Positions 36,993-45,200 of a DNA stretch of 64,000 bases are shown here, piece after piece (the first letter of the stretch is position 1; the number at the start of each line of letters is the position of its first letter). Origin of the DNA: Patescibacteria group bacterium. GTDB taxonomy: Bacteria > Patescibacteriota > Microgenomatia > UBA8517. The translations under genes and the position numbers were made by a program. Location: contig JALHYA010000002.1 of assembly GCA_022868165.1 (NCBI GenBank), positions 1,478 through 65,477 on the forward strand, given 5' to 3'. The notes beneath the pieces were generated by a model. The model saw only the letters and a list, made by a program, of their open reading frames with translations. It had not been told where the DNA came from and made no database searches.

Positions 36993-37274
36993 TTATACCT
37001 GATGTCTCATCCTTCGCAATGCTTGGTCAGGGTCTCCAGTATCCATCAATGTATTATGCCTCATGTTGCCCTGCACCCTAGAAGGGTCTCTGTACGGCGA
37101 TTCAATGATTTCCCATACAACACCCTTTAGCCTTCTGAATGCTATCGTCCGAGCCTCTTCCTTTGAACGACAATCGGGAAGCGGGCCGTCAAAAAATGGT
37201 CGGCCTTTATAATTGGCAGCATAAATGTAATAGTACATCTGATGACTAACTGGCACTATCATCCTCTGTTTCAT
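36993..37274 (-). CDS. Hypothetical basic protein
   Basis: AGGA RBS, in operon. Confidence 0.6.
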   Translation of the reverse strand: MKQRMIVPVSHQMYYYIYAANYKGRPFFDGPLPDCRSKEEARTIAFRRLKGVVWEIIESPYRDPSRVQGNMRHNTLMDTGDPDQALRRMRHQV

Positions 37275-37276
37275 TG

Positions 37277-37558
37277 TTATTTCCTTCTCCGTTTTGGCTT
37301 ACCAAACACCATTCTATCGAGTTTACTAAGCGTCTTCCCTACCGACTTTATGCCTTTACGCAAATCCGTTGAGCCTCTTCTGCCTTTCAGTTGTCTAGTT
37401 TTTGCTCTCAATGTTTCTAGCTCCTTCTTTGCATTGATTTCCCCTTGCAATGCTTTATGTCTAGCTCTTTCTGCTTCGGTTAAAGCCTTTAATCGCTTCG
37501 TGTTATCGATGGCTTGCCTGACTCGCCTCTGCCTTCGTTTCTGTAGATATTTCATCAC
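37277..37558 (-). CDS. Very basic coiled-coil protein (candidate genome-binding)
   Basis: K/R-rich, 93 aa. Confidence 0.6.
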   Translation of the reverse strand: MMKYLQKRRQRRVRQAIDNTKRLKALTEAERARHKALQGEINAKKELETLRAKTRQLKGRRGSTDLRKGIKSVGKTLSKLDRMVFGKPKRRRK

Positions 37559-38274
37559 GTCCTCCTGCGCATTTTCCTATAGAATTCCATCTTTTCATCC
37601 AAGTCCTGTATGTGCTGATAGGGACTCGGCGGCAATATTGGCTCTTTCTTAGGTCGTAGAAAACCTAGCGAGCCAAACATCGTTACCATACAAAGTAGAA
37701 AGAAGCCCACTAACCCCAAATTAGCCGGCATATTATTATCGAGATTAAAATAAGCAAAGAACATAAGCACCATCCACGCACCGGCTGACAACACGGAAAG
37801 CACTGCTCTCCTGTAAATAAAAGTCAAGGCACTAATCGCTAGAGCTATGGCTACTAACCCAATCCACAAATAAGATAAACTCATGAATTTCGCCTCTTTG
37901 CTTGCCCCGATTGCTTCCCAAATTCCATCAGCCCTCTGCGACCAAGCCCTGTAGTAAGCAACTCTTGGCGACGTAAGGTCAGCATTTGAATCCGTAAAAC
38001 TGCTGTCAGTTCCATAATACACCTGATAGCCGTCTGTTCTGTCTATAGGCAAACTGCCGTATTTGACCCTCACCATTGTGTTGACAGCACCCGCCGGCTT
38101 CGTCCATGATATTCCCAATTCGTAATCGCTGACATAGGTTAATGTGAAATTCCCCGGTGAGGCTACCACAATACCCGTAACGGTTATCACCACATCCGCC
38201 GTTGTCGATGCCAATGCCGGGAACGGCACTAATCCCACAACGAGCAACCCAAGAACTATAAACCATTTCCACAA
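37555..38274 (-). CDS. Secreted FN3-like domain with C-terminal three-TM anchor
   Basis: Signal peptide, TTADVVITVT, ISWTKP...YYRAWS, three TM segments. Confidence 0.75.
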   Translation of the reverse strand: MWKWFIVLGLLVVGLVPFPALASTTADVVITVTGIVVASPGNFTLTYVSDYELGISWTKPAGAVNTMVRVKYGSLPIDRTDGYQVYYGTDSSFTDSNADLTSPRVAYYRAWSQRADGIWEAIGASKEAKFMSLSYLWIGLVAIALAISALTFIYRRAVLSVLSAGAWMVLMFFAYFNLDNNMPANLGLVGFFLLCMVTMFGSLGFLRPKKEPILPPSPYQHIQDLDEKMEFYRKMRRRT

Positions 38275-38284
38275 TCTTATTACC

Positions 38285-38842
38285 TCATCGCATGCTAACC
38301 AACCATCGACTGCATAGCTCAGTAGTCACGGTTCCTGCCTGCGAATTATCCATAACGCTAATCCAAAATTCCCATTTCATAGGATAGTTGGTAACATCTT
38401 TCGGCATTTCAAGCACCACTAAGATATCCCTTGTTTCTCTTGGGGCAAGAACAGGCGTGGGGTCGGCCACAATCACCCAATCCTGAGCTCCTACAGGAGG
38501 TTTCTCATAGCCCGGAGCTACATACGATGGCTCACGATATGTAACCGCAAATTTAGCAGGTAAACTGTTGCCGTTATGCACAGTTATATTGTATTCAGCC
38601 CTAGCTCCCGGATAGTAATTACTAATGTTCACCTTGCCTGGGCTGAGCCACGTTCTATCAGCCGGAGGTTCTTGGCTTGTTTCGCTTGTAACCTCTTTAA
38701 TGGCTTCAGGTGTTTGCGAAGCATCGTTAGGAGCTGACGGCTGAGGTGCTACAGGCGGAACTGCAGGAGCCACAGGATATGCCTGTACACATCCAATAGA
38801 CAATATTCCGATTAGTACTAATCCTAAAACTAAGTACTTCAT
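38285..38842 (-). CDS. Lipoprotein with Ig-like domain (DUF916/chaperone-like)
   Basis: Lipobox SIGC; LSPGKV...PG...ITVHN...DWV...LAPRETR. Confidence 0.6.
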   Translation of the reverse strand: MKYLVLGLVLIGILSIGCVQAYPVAPAVPPVAPQPSAPNDASQTPEAIKEVTSETSQEPPADRTWLSPGKVNISNYYPGARAEYNITVHNGNSLPAKFAVTYREPSYVAPGYEKPPVGAQDWVIVADPTPVLAPRETRDILVVLEMPKDVTNYPMKWEFWISVMDNSQAGTVTTELCSRWLVSMR

Positions 38843-38887
38843 AGTTTCACCTTATGCGTGATTTGTATGCGCATCCCACTATTCTTT

Positions 38888-39400
38888 TTAGTTCGCTGCT
38901 GCAGCAGTTATCCGAGTTGTCACTACCTTTGCATCGCCATCGAGAAAGCTAGTCGGAGCCCATATTGAAAGCCCGAATTGGTAAGAGCCGCCAGTAGTTT
39001 GGTTATCAGAAAGCATTGCAGCCGAAGCGATTTTTGGCACTGTGATGTCGCTAGTGCCCCATGTGCCACCCTTGTTTGCTTTCAAGCCAACGGTAGCTAC
39101 CGCCGGAACACATGTGTCACTGTGAATCCAGCCAGCACCGCCAGACCAATTGTCGGTAGTATTAACACCGATAGTCTGGTCTGTCACTATAGTACAAGCA
39201 TTAGTTACGGTAAAGTAAGTCGTAGTCGTATTTTCAGTCGTACTTTCCGTTACAGATGGATTCCACACACCAGGGTCTACTGAGATGCTGATATAACCCG
39301 GTGTAGCAGTTATAACAACATCGGCAGTTTTAGCAGCAAATACAGCCGTCGGCATCAGCAACACTACCAAGACTAAGAACACAAACAACCATCTTTTCAT
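38888..39400 (-). CDS. Secreted beta-rich pilin/WxL-like subunit
   Basis: Signal peptide ending AVFA, KTADVVITATP, Thr-rich, ends TRITAAAAN; strong RBS and own promoter. Confidence 0.7.
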   Translation of the reverse strand: MKRWLFVFLVLVVLLMPTAVFAAKTADVVITATPGYISISVDPGVWNPSVTESTTENTTTTYFTVTNACTIVTDQTIGVNTTDNWSGGAGWIHSDTCVPAVATVGLKANKGGTWGTSDITVPKIASAAMLSDNQTTGGSYQFGLSIWAPTSFLDGDAKVVTTRITAAAAN

Positions 39401-39427
39401 TTTAGCATACCTCCTTTCCTTATTTCT

Positions 39428-39437
39428 ATTATATCAC
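39428..39437 (-). promoter_or_regulatory. Extended -10 promoter for the 39400 gene
   Basis: TGA-TATAAT (TGnTATAAT) upstream of AAGGAAAGGAGGT. Confidence 0.55.
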
Positions 39438-39459
39438 AGTCGACCTCTGTGTGTATCAT

Positions 39460-39636
39460 TTATCTCTTCTCCATATTAACATTCACTCGTACAGTTACGT
39501 GTGATGATAGATATGAGTTATCGCTTTTGACCGTAACGTCTGTTGTAGTTGCTTTAGCAGGAATATCACTCGTGCCAAACATTATGACAATTAGCAAAGC
39601 AACTAAAATTACTAAACTTTTAATCTTTCCTCTCAT
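39460..39636 (-). CDS. Small secreted protein (58 aa)
   Basis: ATGA-coupled; MRGKIKSLVILVALLIVIMFG...ATTTDVTVKS...HVTVRVNV. Confidence 0.55.
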   Translation of the reverse strand: MRGKIKSLVILVALLIVIMFGTSDIPAKATTTDVTVKSDNSYLSSHVTVRVNVNMEKR

Positions 39637-41342
39637 GGTATGTACACCGTGCTAGTCAGCGTAACGTTATCGGACTTCGCCACGCCATCGGTAAATTCTC
39701 CGGTCTCAAGTTTCAATTCCCACATCATCGTTGTGTTGTCTCCTAAGTTAGATATAAAAGGCTGGTCACTTGTGGTTAGCGTTACGTTATCAGTAACCAC
39801 ATCACCGCTCTTAAAAGCTAAAAGCCGTACCGTGCCCAAGCCCGGTATATTCGATGTCAGAGTCCAATTATCCCCAGCACCGGTAAAATTTGTAGCCTTT
39901 ATGCTTATGTCTATTGCAACCGAACCATCATTGGTAACAGAAAAACTGCATTCGCCATTATCAATTGGAAATATAGGAGCTGAACCTTTTGCCCAGTAGT
40001 CTGCATTCTCCTGCACATCTCCGATAACCCAGTAATCAGGTGTATTTGAGATGCTTGCCGTATCCCAAATTAAGTCATCACTTTTATAGAAATATACTTG
40101 ACCTGCCCAATAGTCTTGGTCAGTAATCTCTAGATAAATAAGTGCAAAACCAGTCTTAGTCCTATTTGTTTTAAGCCCGCTTACAGTAGGATACAATGCC
40201 CATATTAGCACAGGTGCTTCAAACACCCCCCCCCCGTCTGCTATTACTTCTAGAGTCTGCCAAGATATAGTTCTCTTTCTGTATTTTACATAATCTCCTT
40301 CGACCCATACAGTATGGACATTGTCTTCTGAGTCCATAGATATAGAGGAGTAAATGTTATCTCCGTCCATATTAGTTATCGCTTCCTGAGTTTGCCAGGA
40401 GGTAGTCCTTTCCCTATACTGAACTTGGTAGTGACTAGTGTAATCACCCCAGCTAGTTCCACACCAAACGACATGAATACTGTCCTCTGAGTCTACAGCT
40501 ATAGAACAATCAACCTGGTCTCCGTCTACGTTAGTCACTGCCTCTTGAGTTTGCCACGATGTAGTCCTCTTTCTATATTGAATCTGAGAGTGAACAGGAT
40601 AGTCTCCCCAACCCATTCCCCTCCAAGCTACATGGACATTATCCTGTGAATCTATGGCAATGGTAACGCAGTCGCCCCCATATCCGTAGTGAGCTTGAAT
40701 ATTATCTATATTAGTTATATCTTCTTGGGTCTGCCAGGAGGTGGTTCTCTCTCTATAATGAATCTGATACTGATTAGTATAAGTTCCTGTTCCTTCCCCC
40801 GCCCAAACGACATGAATGTTGTCTTGTGAATCTATGGCTATAGAAGGGGAATGTTGATAATATTCTACGTTTGTTACAGCTTCTTGAGTTTGCCAAGAAG
40901 TGGTTCTTTTTCTATATTGAATCTGAGTATAGTCAGGGTAAGTGCCCCATCCATATCCTTCCCAAACAATGTGAATATTGTCTTCTGAATCCACAGCAAT
41001 AGAAGGATTCATTTGGTAATTGCCTGATGTTGTTACACTTTCTTCTGTCCATGTTTGACCATTGTTGGTAGAATAGGCACAGCATATATTATAATCCCAC
41101 GTTTCTGCATCCTCTCTCATATATGTAGCCCATAAAGTGCCATCACTTGTACGAGCCAAGTTTTTTTGCCCATTATAAATGTCAGTAAGTTCATCTGCTA
41201 ATAGATAGGTAGAACCACCAGGATTAGCATGAACTACTGGAGTATCAATAGAGGGAATAAATAAACCAGCAACAACCAAGAAGACAACCATCAATATGGG
41301 TATAACTGGTGTCTTAGCAAGTAGCCAAGTTATCTTTTTCAT
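39633..41342 (-). CDS. Secreted beta-propeller (BNR-like repeat) protein with C-terminal pilin-like domain; candidate adhesin
   Basis: About five ~53-aa repeats SIA(I/V)DS(E/Q)DN(I/V)HVVW...Y(R)xRTTSWQTQE; tail resembles the 38888 protein. Confidence 0.75.
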   Translation of the reverse strand: MKKITWLLAKTPVIPILMVVFLVVAGLFIPSIDTPVVHANPGGSTYLLADELTDIYNGQKNLARTSDGTLWATYMREDAETWDYNICCAYSTNNGQTWTEESVTTSGNYQMNPSIAVDSEDNIHIVWEGYGWGTYPDYTQIQYRKRTTSWQTQEAVTNVEYYQHSPSIAIDSQDNIHVVWAGEGTGTYTNQYQIHYRERTTSWQTQEDITNIDNIQAHYGYGGDCVTIAIDSQDNVHVAWRGMGWGDYPVHSQIQYRKRTTSWQTQEAVTNVDGDQVDCSIAVDSEDSIHVVWCGTSWGDYTSHYQVQYRERTTSWQTQEAITNMDGDNIYSSISMDSEDNVHTVWVEGDYVKYRKRTISWQTLEVIADGGGVFEAPVLIWALYPTVSGLKTNRTKTGFALIYLEITDQDYWAGQVYFYKSDDLIWDTASISNTPDYWVIGDVQENADYWAKGSAPIFPIDNGECSFSVTNDGSVAIDISIKATNFTGAGDNWTLTSNIPGLGTVRLLAFKSGDVVTDNVTLTTSDQPFISNLGDNTTMMWELKLETGEFTDGVAKSDNVTLTSTVYIP

Positions 41343-41354
41343 TTTGTACCTTTC

Positions 41355-41525
41355 TCATTCGTTTATTATTACCGTGCCCGCACCTATAGCCGCCTTGCCA
41401 ACCGGTTTATCATTTATAACTGCCGTTGCCATATCGTAGTGTTCCGCACAATAGCATTTACCCTCTAACCAATCTTTACCTGTTTTCTTACATTTAGGCC
41501 AAGCACAACTGCCATTGTCTGCCAT
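41355..41525 (-). CDS. Small Zn-finger-like protein (56 aa)
   Basis: CAWPKC...YCAEH; AGGAG RBS. Confidence 0.6.
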   Translation of the reverse strand: MADNGSCAWPKCKKTGKDWLEGKCYCAEHYDMATAVINDKPVGKAAIGAGTVIINE

Positions 41526-41526
41526 A

Positions 41527-41988
41527 CTATTTTCTCCTTACTGTTTTAAGCCCGGAATAAGGCTCTGCTCTGAATAGCCCGAACACACGTTTCTTTTTCT
41601 TTACGGGCTTCTTACCTCGCCCAAATATCCCAATTTGCGAGAAGAAGGAGTGATGTCCCCTTATATCCGCCATTACATCATAATTAAACGGCATTTTCTC
41701 CGTCTTTAACGCCACCAAATGAGCCGGCCAATATTCCACACCATTCTCCATCAGCCTCATTTCAATCAGTTCATGTTTCAAATTTTGAACTTGCGTTTCC
41801 TCTGACAATGTTTTGTCTATCAAAATTTCCTTTGTCTTTTTGTTGTTATCTATGTCAGGAAATCCCATAGCTCTGGCTGCTTCGGGGTTCATCGCTGAAT
41901 AATCGTGAAGGATTTTAGAATCGGTGAATACTACCTTTATGCCATTGTCTTTGCAGTACCCCAATAATTCCTTAAATTCTTTATTCAT
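41527..41988 (-). CDS. Zincin-like (HExxE) protein with basic tail
   Basis: LKHELIEMRLM...YWPAHLVAL. Confidence 0.55.
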   Translation of the reverse strand: MNKEFKELLGYCKDNGIKVVFTDSKILHDYSAMNPEAARAMGFPDIDNNKKTKEILIDKTLSEETQVQNLKHELIEMRLMENGVEYWPAHLVALKTEKMPFNYDVMADIRGHHSFFSQIGIFGRGKKPVKKKKRVFGLFRAEPYSGLKTVRRK

Positions 41989-41989
41989 C

Positions 41990-42271
41990 TTAGTATCCCG
42001 GTGGCAGCATTCCTGGTGGTTGTTTTGGTGGCTTCGGCGGAAAGATAAAGTCCTCTAAAGCCCAGACAAGAAATCCCAGAGGCACTACCAATGGAACAAA
42101 GGTCCCTATAGCAGTTATGTCTCTGGCATTCAGAAAATGGGCAGAAGATGACAGCATGGCAACAGCTACGCCTTTGACAATCCCATACCCGACACCGCCT
42201 GCAAATAAAGCTAGAGGTACTTTCCAGATTAGATTGACATACTTCTTGAACTCATCCATTTTATCTCGCAC
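41990..42271 (-). CDS. Two-TM membrane protein, Pro-rich tail
   Basis: Two hydrophobic helices. Confidence 0.65.
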   Translation of the reverse strand: MRDKMDEFKKYVNLIWKVPLALFAGGVGYGIVKGVAVAMLSSSAHFLNARDITAIGTFVPLVVPLGFLVWALEDFIFPPKPPKQPPGMLPPGY

Positions 42272-45200
42272 CTCTTAGCGATGGCATAGGCTCTATCTGT
42301 GCCTTATGTTTTATGTGATGCTTTTTATATTTGTGAGCAAGCTCAAATTCTATTTCAGGTTTTTTACCAGCAGGTGTTTTGCTTATGTCAACATCCTGTA
42401 TGCCCATGCTAAATTTAATATCCTCTGGTATTCTACCATATTTGGCTATGATTGACTTTGCCACAGAGCCTATACCCTTTACATATTCAACTCCCTCAAT
42501 CGGGCTTCTGCTATAATAAGTATTCTTCTCAGGATAATGTCCATTCTTGTCTGGCCACTTTAGCCAAAAAATGAAACCCTGTTTCCAAGCCACAATGCCC
42601 TGTTTCTGTTTCTCTGTTAGTTCTATAGTTCCTTTGCCACCTGCACCGGGGATTATTATGATTGGCACAGGCAAACGAGGCTTTATAGGTGTTGCAAGTT
42701 TGGTAATTATCTTTTGTTGATATTTGGTTTCGATTAGTGTCTTGACCTTTGGGTTGGCAAGGGTTTTTAGCTGTGTTTGTATTGCAGCCCTTGTAGCTGC
42801 TTCAATTTTGGCTTGCAACTCTGCATTCGTTGCCGTTATGGTGGCTAGGTTCAGTTGAGTCTTCGTTAATCCCGCAGTACTGACACGAGAACTCGTCATG
42901 GCATCTACAAGCGTCTCATTATATGCTTTAATGGCTGCTTCAGTTACTGCTTGAAGCCCAGCCTGTAATTCTTTCTCTAATCCAGTCAGCGGCCTGGAAA
43001 CTGTAGTCACTATCTTAGGCATAAAAACACCAGGAATCTCAGGCATCTCTATAGGTTTTTCCGGCAACCACGGAGAGGTGGTAAAAATAAGTTTTCCACT
43101 AGTTCCAAATTTCGGTTCCTTCATTCCGGGAAAGACACTTCGGGTCTCTAATGTAACTTTTGGTTGAATAGCAATATGATTTGTGACTTTATAGGTCGAT
43201 TCACTATCGGAGATAACCTTCGGCACTTTTGTTGCACCTTCGGGCACGCTGGGTTTTTCTTTGATTTTATAATTTGGCTCTAACTCTAAGTCAAAAGTTA
43301 ATTGCTCGGCAACAACTGGCCTTTCTGCTACTGCAACAGGTCGAGGTCTTTGTTCAATTGTCTCTCTGGTTATCTCAATTTCCTTGCCAGTCTTTAGGTC
43401 AATCGCCTTTTCTTTGACAGTTTTCACAATGGGGCTGGCGGGAGAGATTGGCTCTTTTGGTTCAAGTTTGCTCTTCGGAGTCTTGCCCCAGTATGGCTCT
43501 GCTTTGCCAAAGCCCATTTTGTAATAGGTGGTTGCGTCAGCCGGCAAAGGCTGCCCTTTATTCATTAACTTGGTATATTCTGCCATTTTGGATTCTAGGT
43601 CGCCAATATCGCTATTCAATGACCTCAAATCATCTCTGATTATTTCTTTCTCTCCAGACGATGTGACTGGATTAGAATATTCTCTTTCGGCAATGCTACG
43701 TTGCCTCTTTGCCATTTCTAACCTTTTCTCTATTGTATTGATAACTTCTACGGAAGATGGTGCAGCAGTTGTCCGATACCGAGGCTTTGAGATATTGTCG
43801 TTCCAATTCTCAAGTGTTGCGTTCAATTTAGTTTTAGCATCATCAAGATTCTTTAATGCCTGCAATCTTTGAGGAGTATTCACCTTTGTTTTATCAACAA
43901 CATTCCAAGCCTTGTTAACACCTGAGATTGATTGGTTGATATCTTTGATACCTTGCCCGATACTTAACTTACCTCCAAGTTCTTTGAGCCTCTGCAACTG
44001 AGAAGTTGTCAGTTTTTCCGATACCTTTTCTGTTAAGCCTTTTAACTCTATAATTTCAGCAGGCGTCTTGTTTGTTATGCCTTGAAGTTGCTTTACTCTT
44101 GACAAAGTCTTGGCAGACATTGAAGATTCAGATATCTTCTGAACACTTATTTTATCAAGTTTACTCAATCTTTGAAATTCCAGTTCTTCCATTTTTGTTC
44201 TACCAATTAATTTGCTTAGTTTCTCCAATTGGCCAAGTTCCTTTGGAGTTATATCCTGTAATATCTGTAATTTGTTAAAGAGTGCTTTGTCAGTAACTCT
44301 CGATTTCTGTATAGCCTTCTGAACATCATTGGCTAACCTTGCATAACTATTGCTCTTCAAAGGAATCTTCTCAAGTTTAGTTAAACTTACTTTCATATCA
44401 TCATAAGCTGCGCCACTCTCTTTGGCTAACTTCAGAAGCTTCTCTGCTTCTAATCTGCCAACGCCAACTGCAACTTTGCCCTTTACTGACTCAAAGGCAA
44501 CTGCCTGTGGAACATTGGCTCGCAAGATTGCTGCTTCCTCTGGAGAAACAGTGACTAACTTATCTAGTTTTGCCTGCAAGGATTTAAGACTGATAGAATC
44601 TGGATGCACCAAAGCCTTTTTGAGATACCTACCAGAAAGGACATAATGTTCTGCCTCGGCTGGTGCCCATGTAGCAGCTTCTCCAGTAGGCTTAAACTTG
44701 GGCAGTTCTTTTGTAGGTATGTCAACAAAGTAAAGAACACTCTCGCCTTTTCCAGCTGTGTATGCTTTTGCCTCTCCAATATCTGCCGAGTACCACCTGC
44801 CTGATACCTTTTTCTCAGCACCAGCTAACTCGGCAGCAGTCTTGCCTCCAGTCATATAACTTCTGCCGGGTGAAGGCTCGCCACGATATACTCTTGTATA
44901 ACCTTCAGCTACCGGCATCGCTTTGCTTCTCAATATACCCAACTCTTGAGTATTCGCTATCTGCTTTATTGCTACAGAAGGCATTTTCGCTGTCTTGGGA
45001 ATCTCTACTTTAGCCTGTGCTTTAGCAGGTAGAGACCTGATTCCTTTCAGTCCACTCAGCACACCAGAAATAACCCAAGCATCCATCAAGGCACTAATAG
45101 CTATGTTTTTCTTTGCTTCATCTTGTTCAGCTATTGTCATGGTATCCCATTTTGTCATAACATCATTGGCACTCTTGACTGTTTCAGCAGTGAAGACTAC

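Noticed and set aside
36276-37130. 284-aa plus-strand ORF in the track
   Set aside because: Antisense shadow of several K/R-rich minus-strand genes that have RBSs and recognisable motifs.
40260-41000. DGR template/variable repeat or CRISPR array
   Set aside because: In-frame beta-propeller blade repeats; differences are not adenine-specific and no reverse transcriptase was seen.
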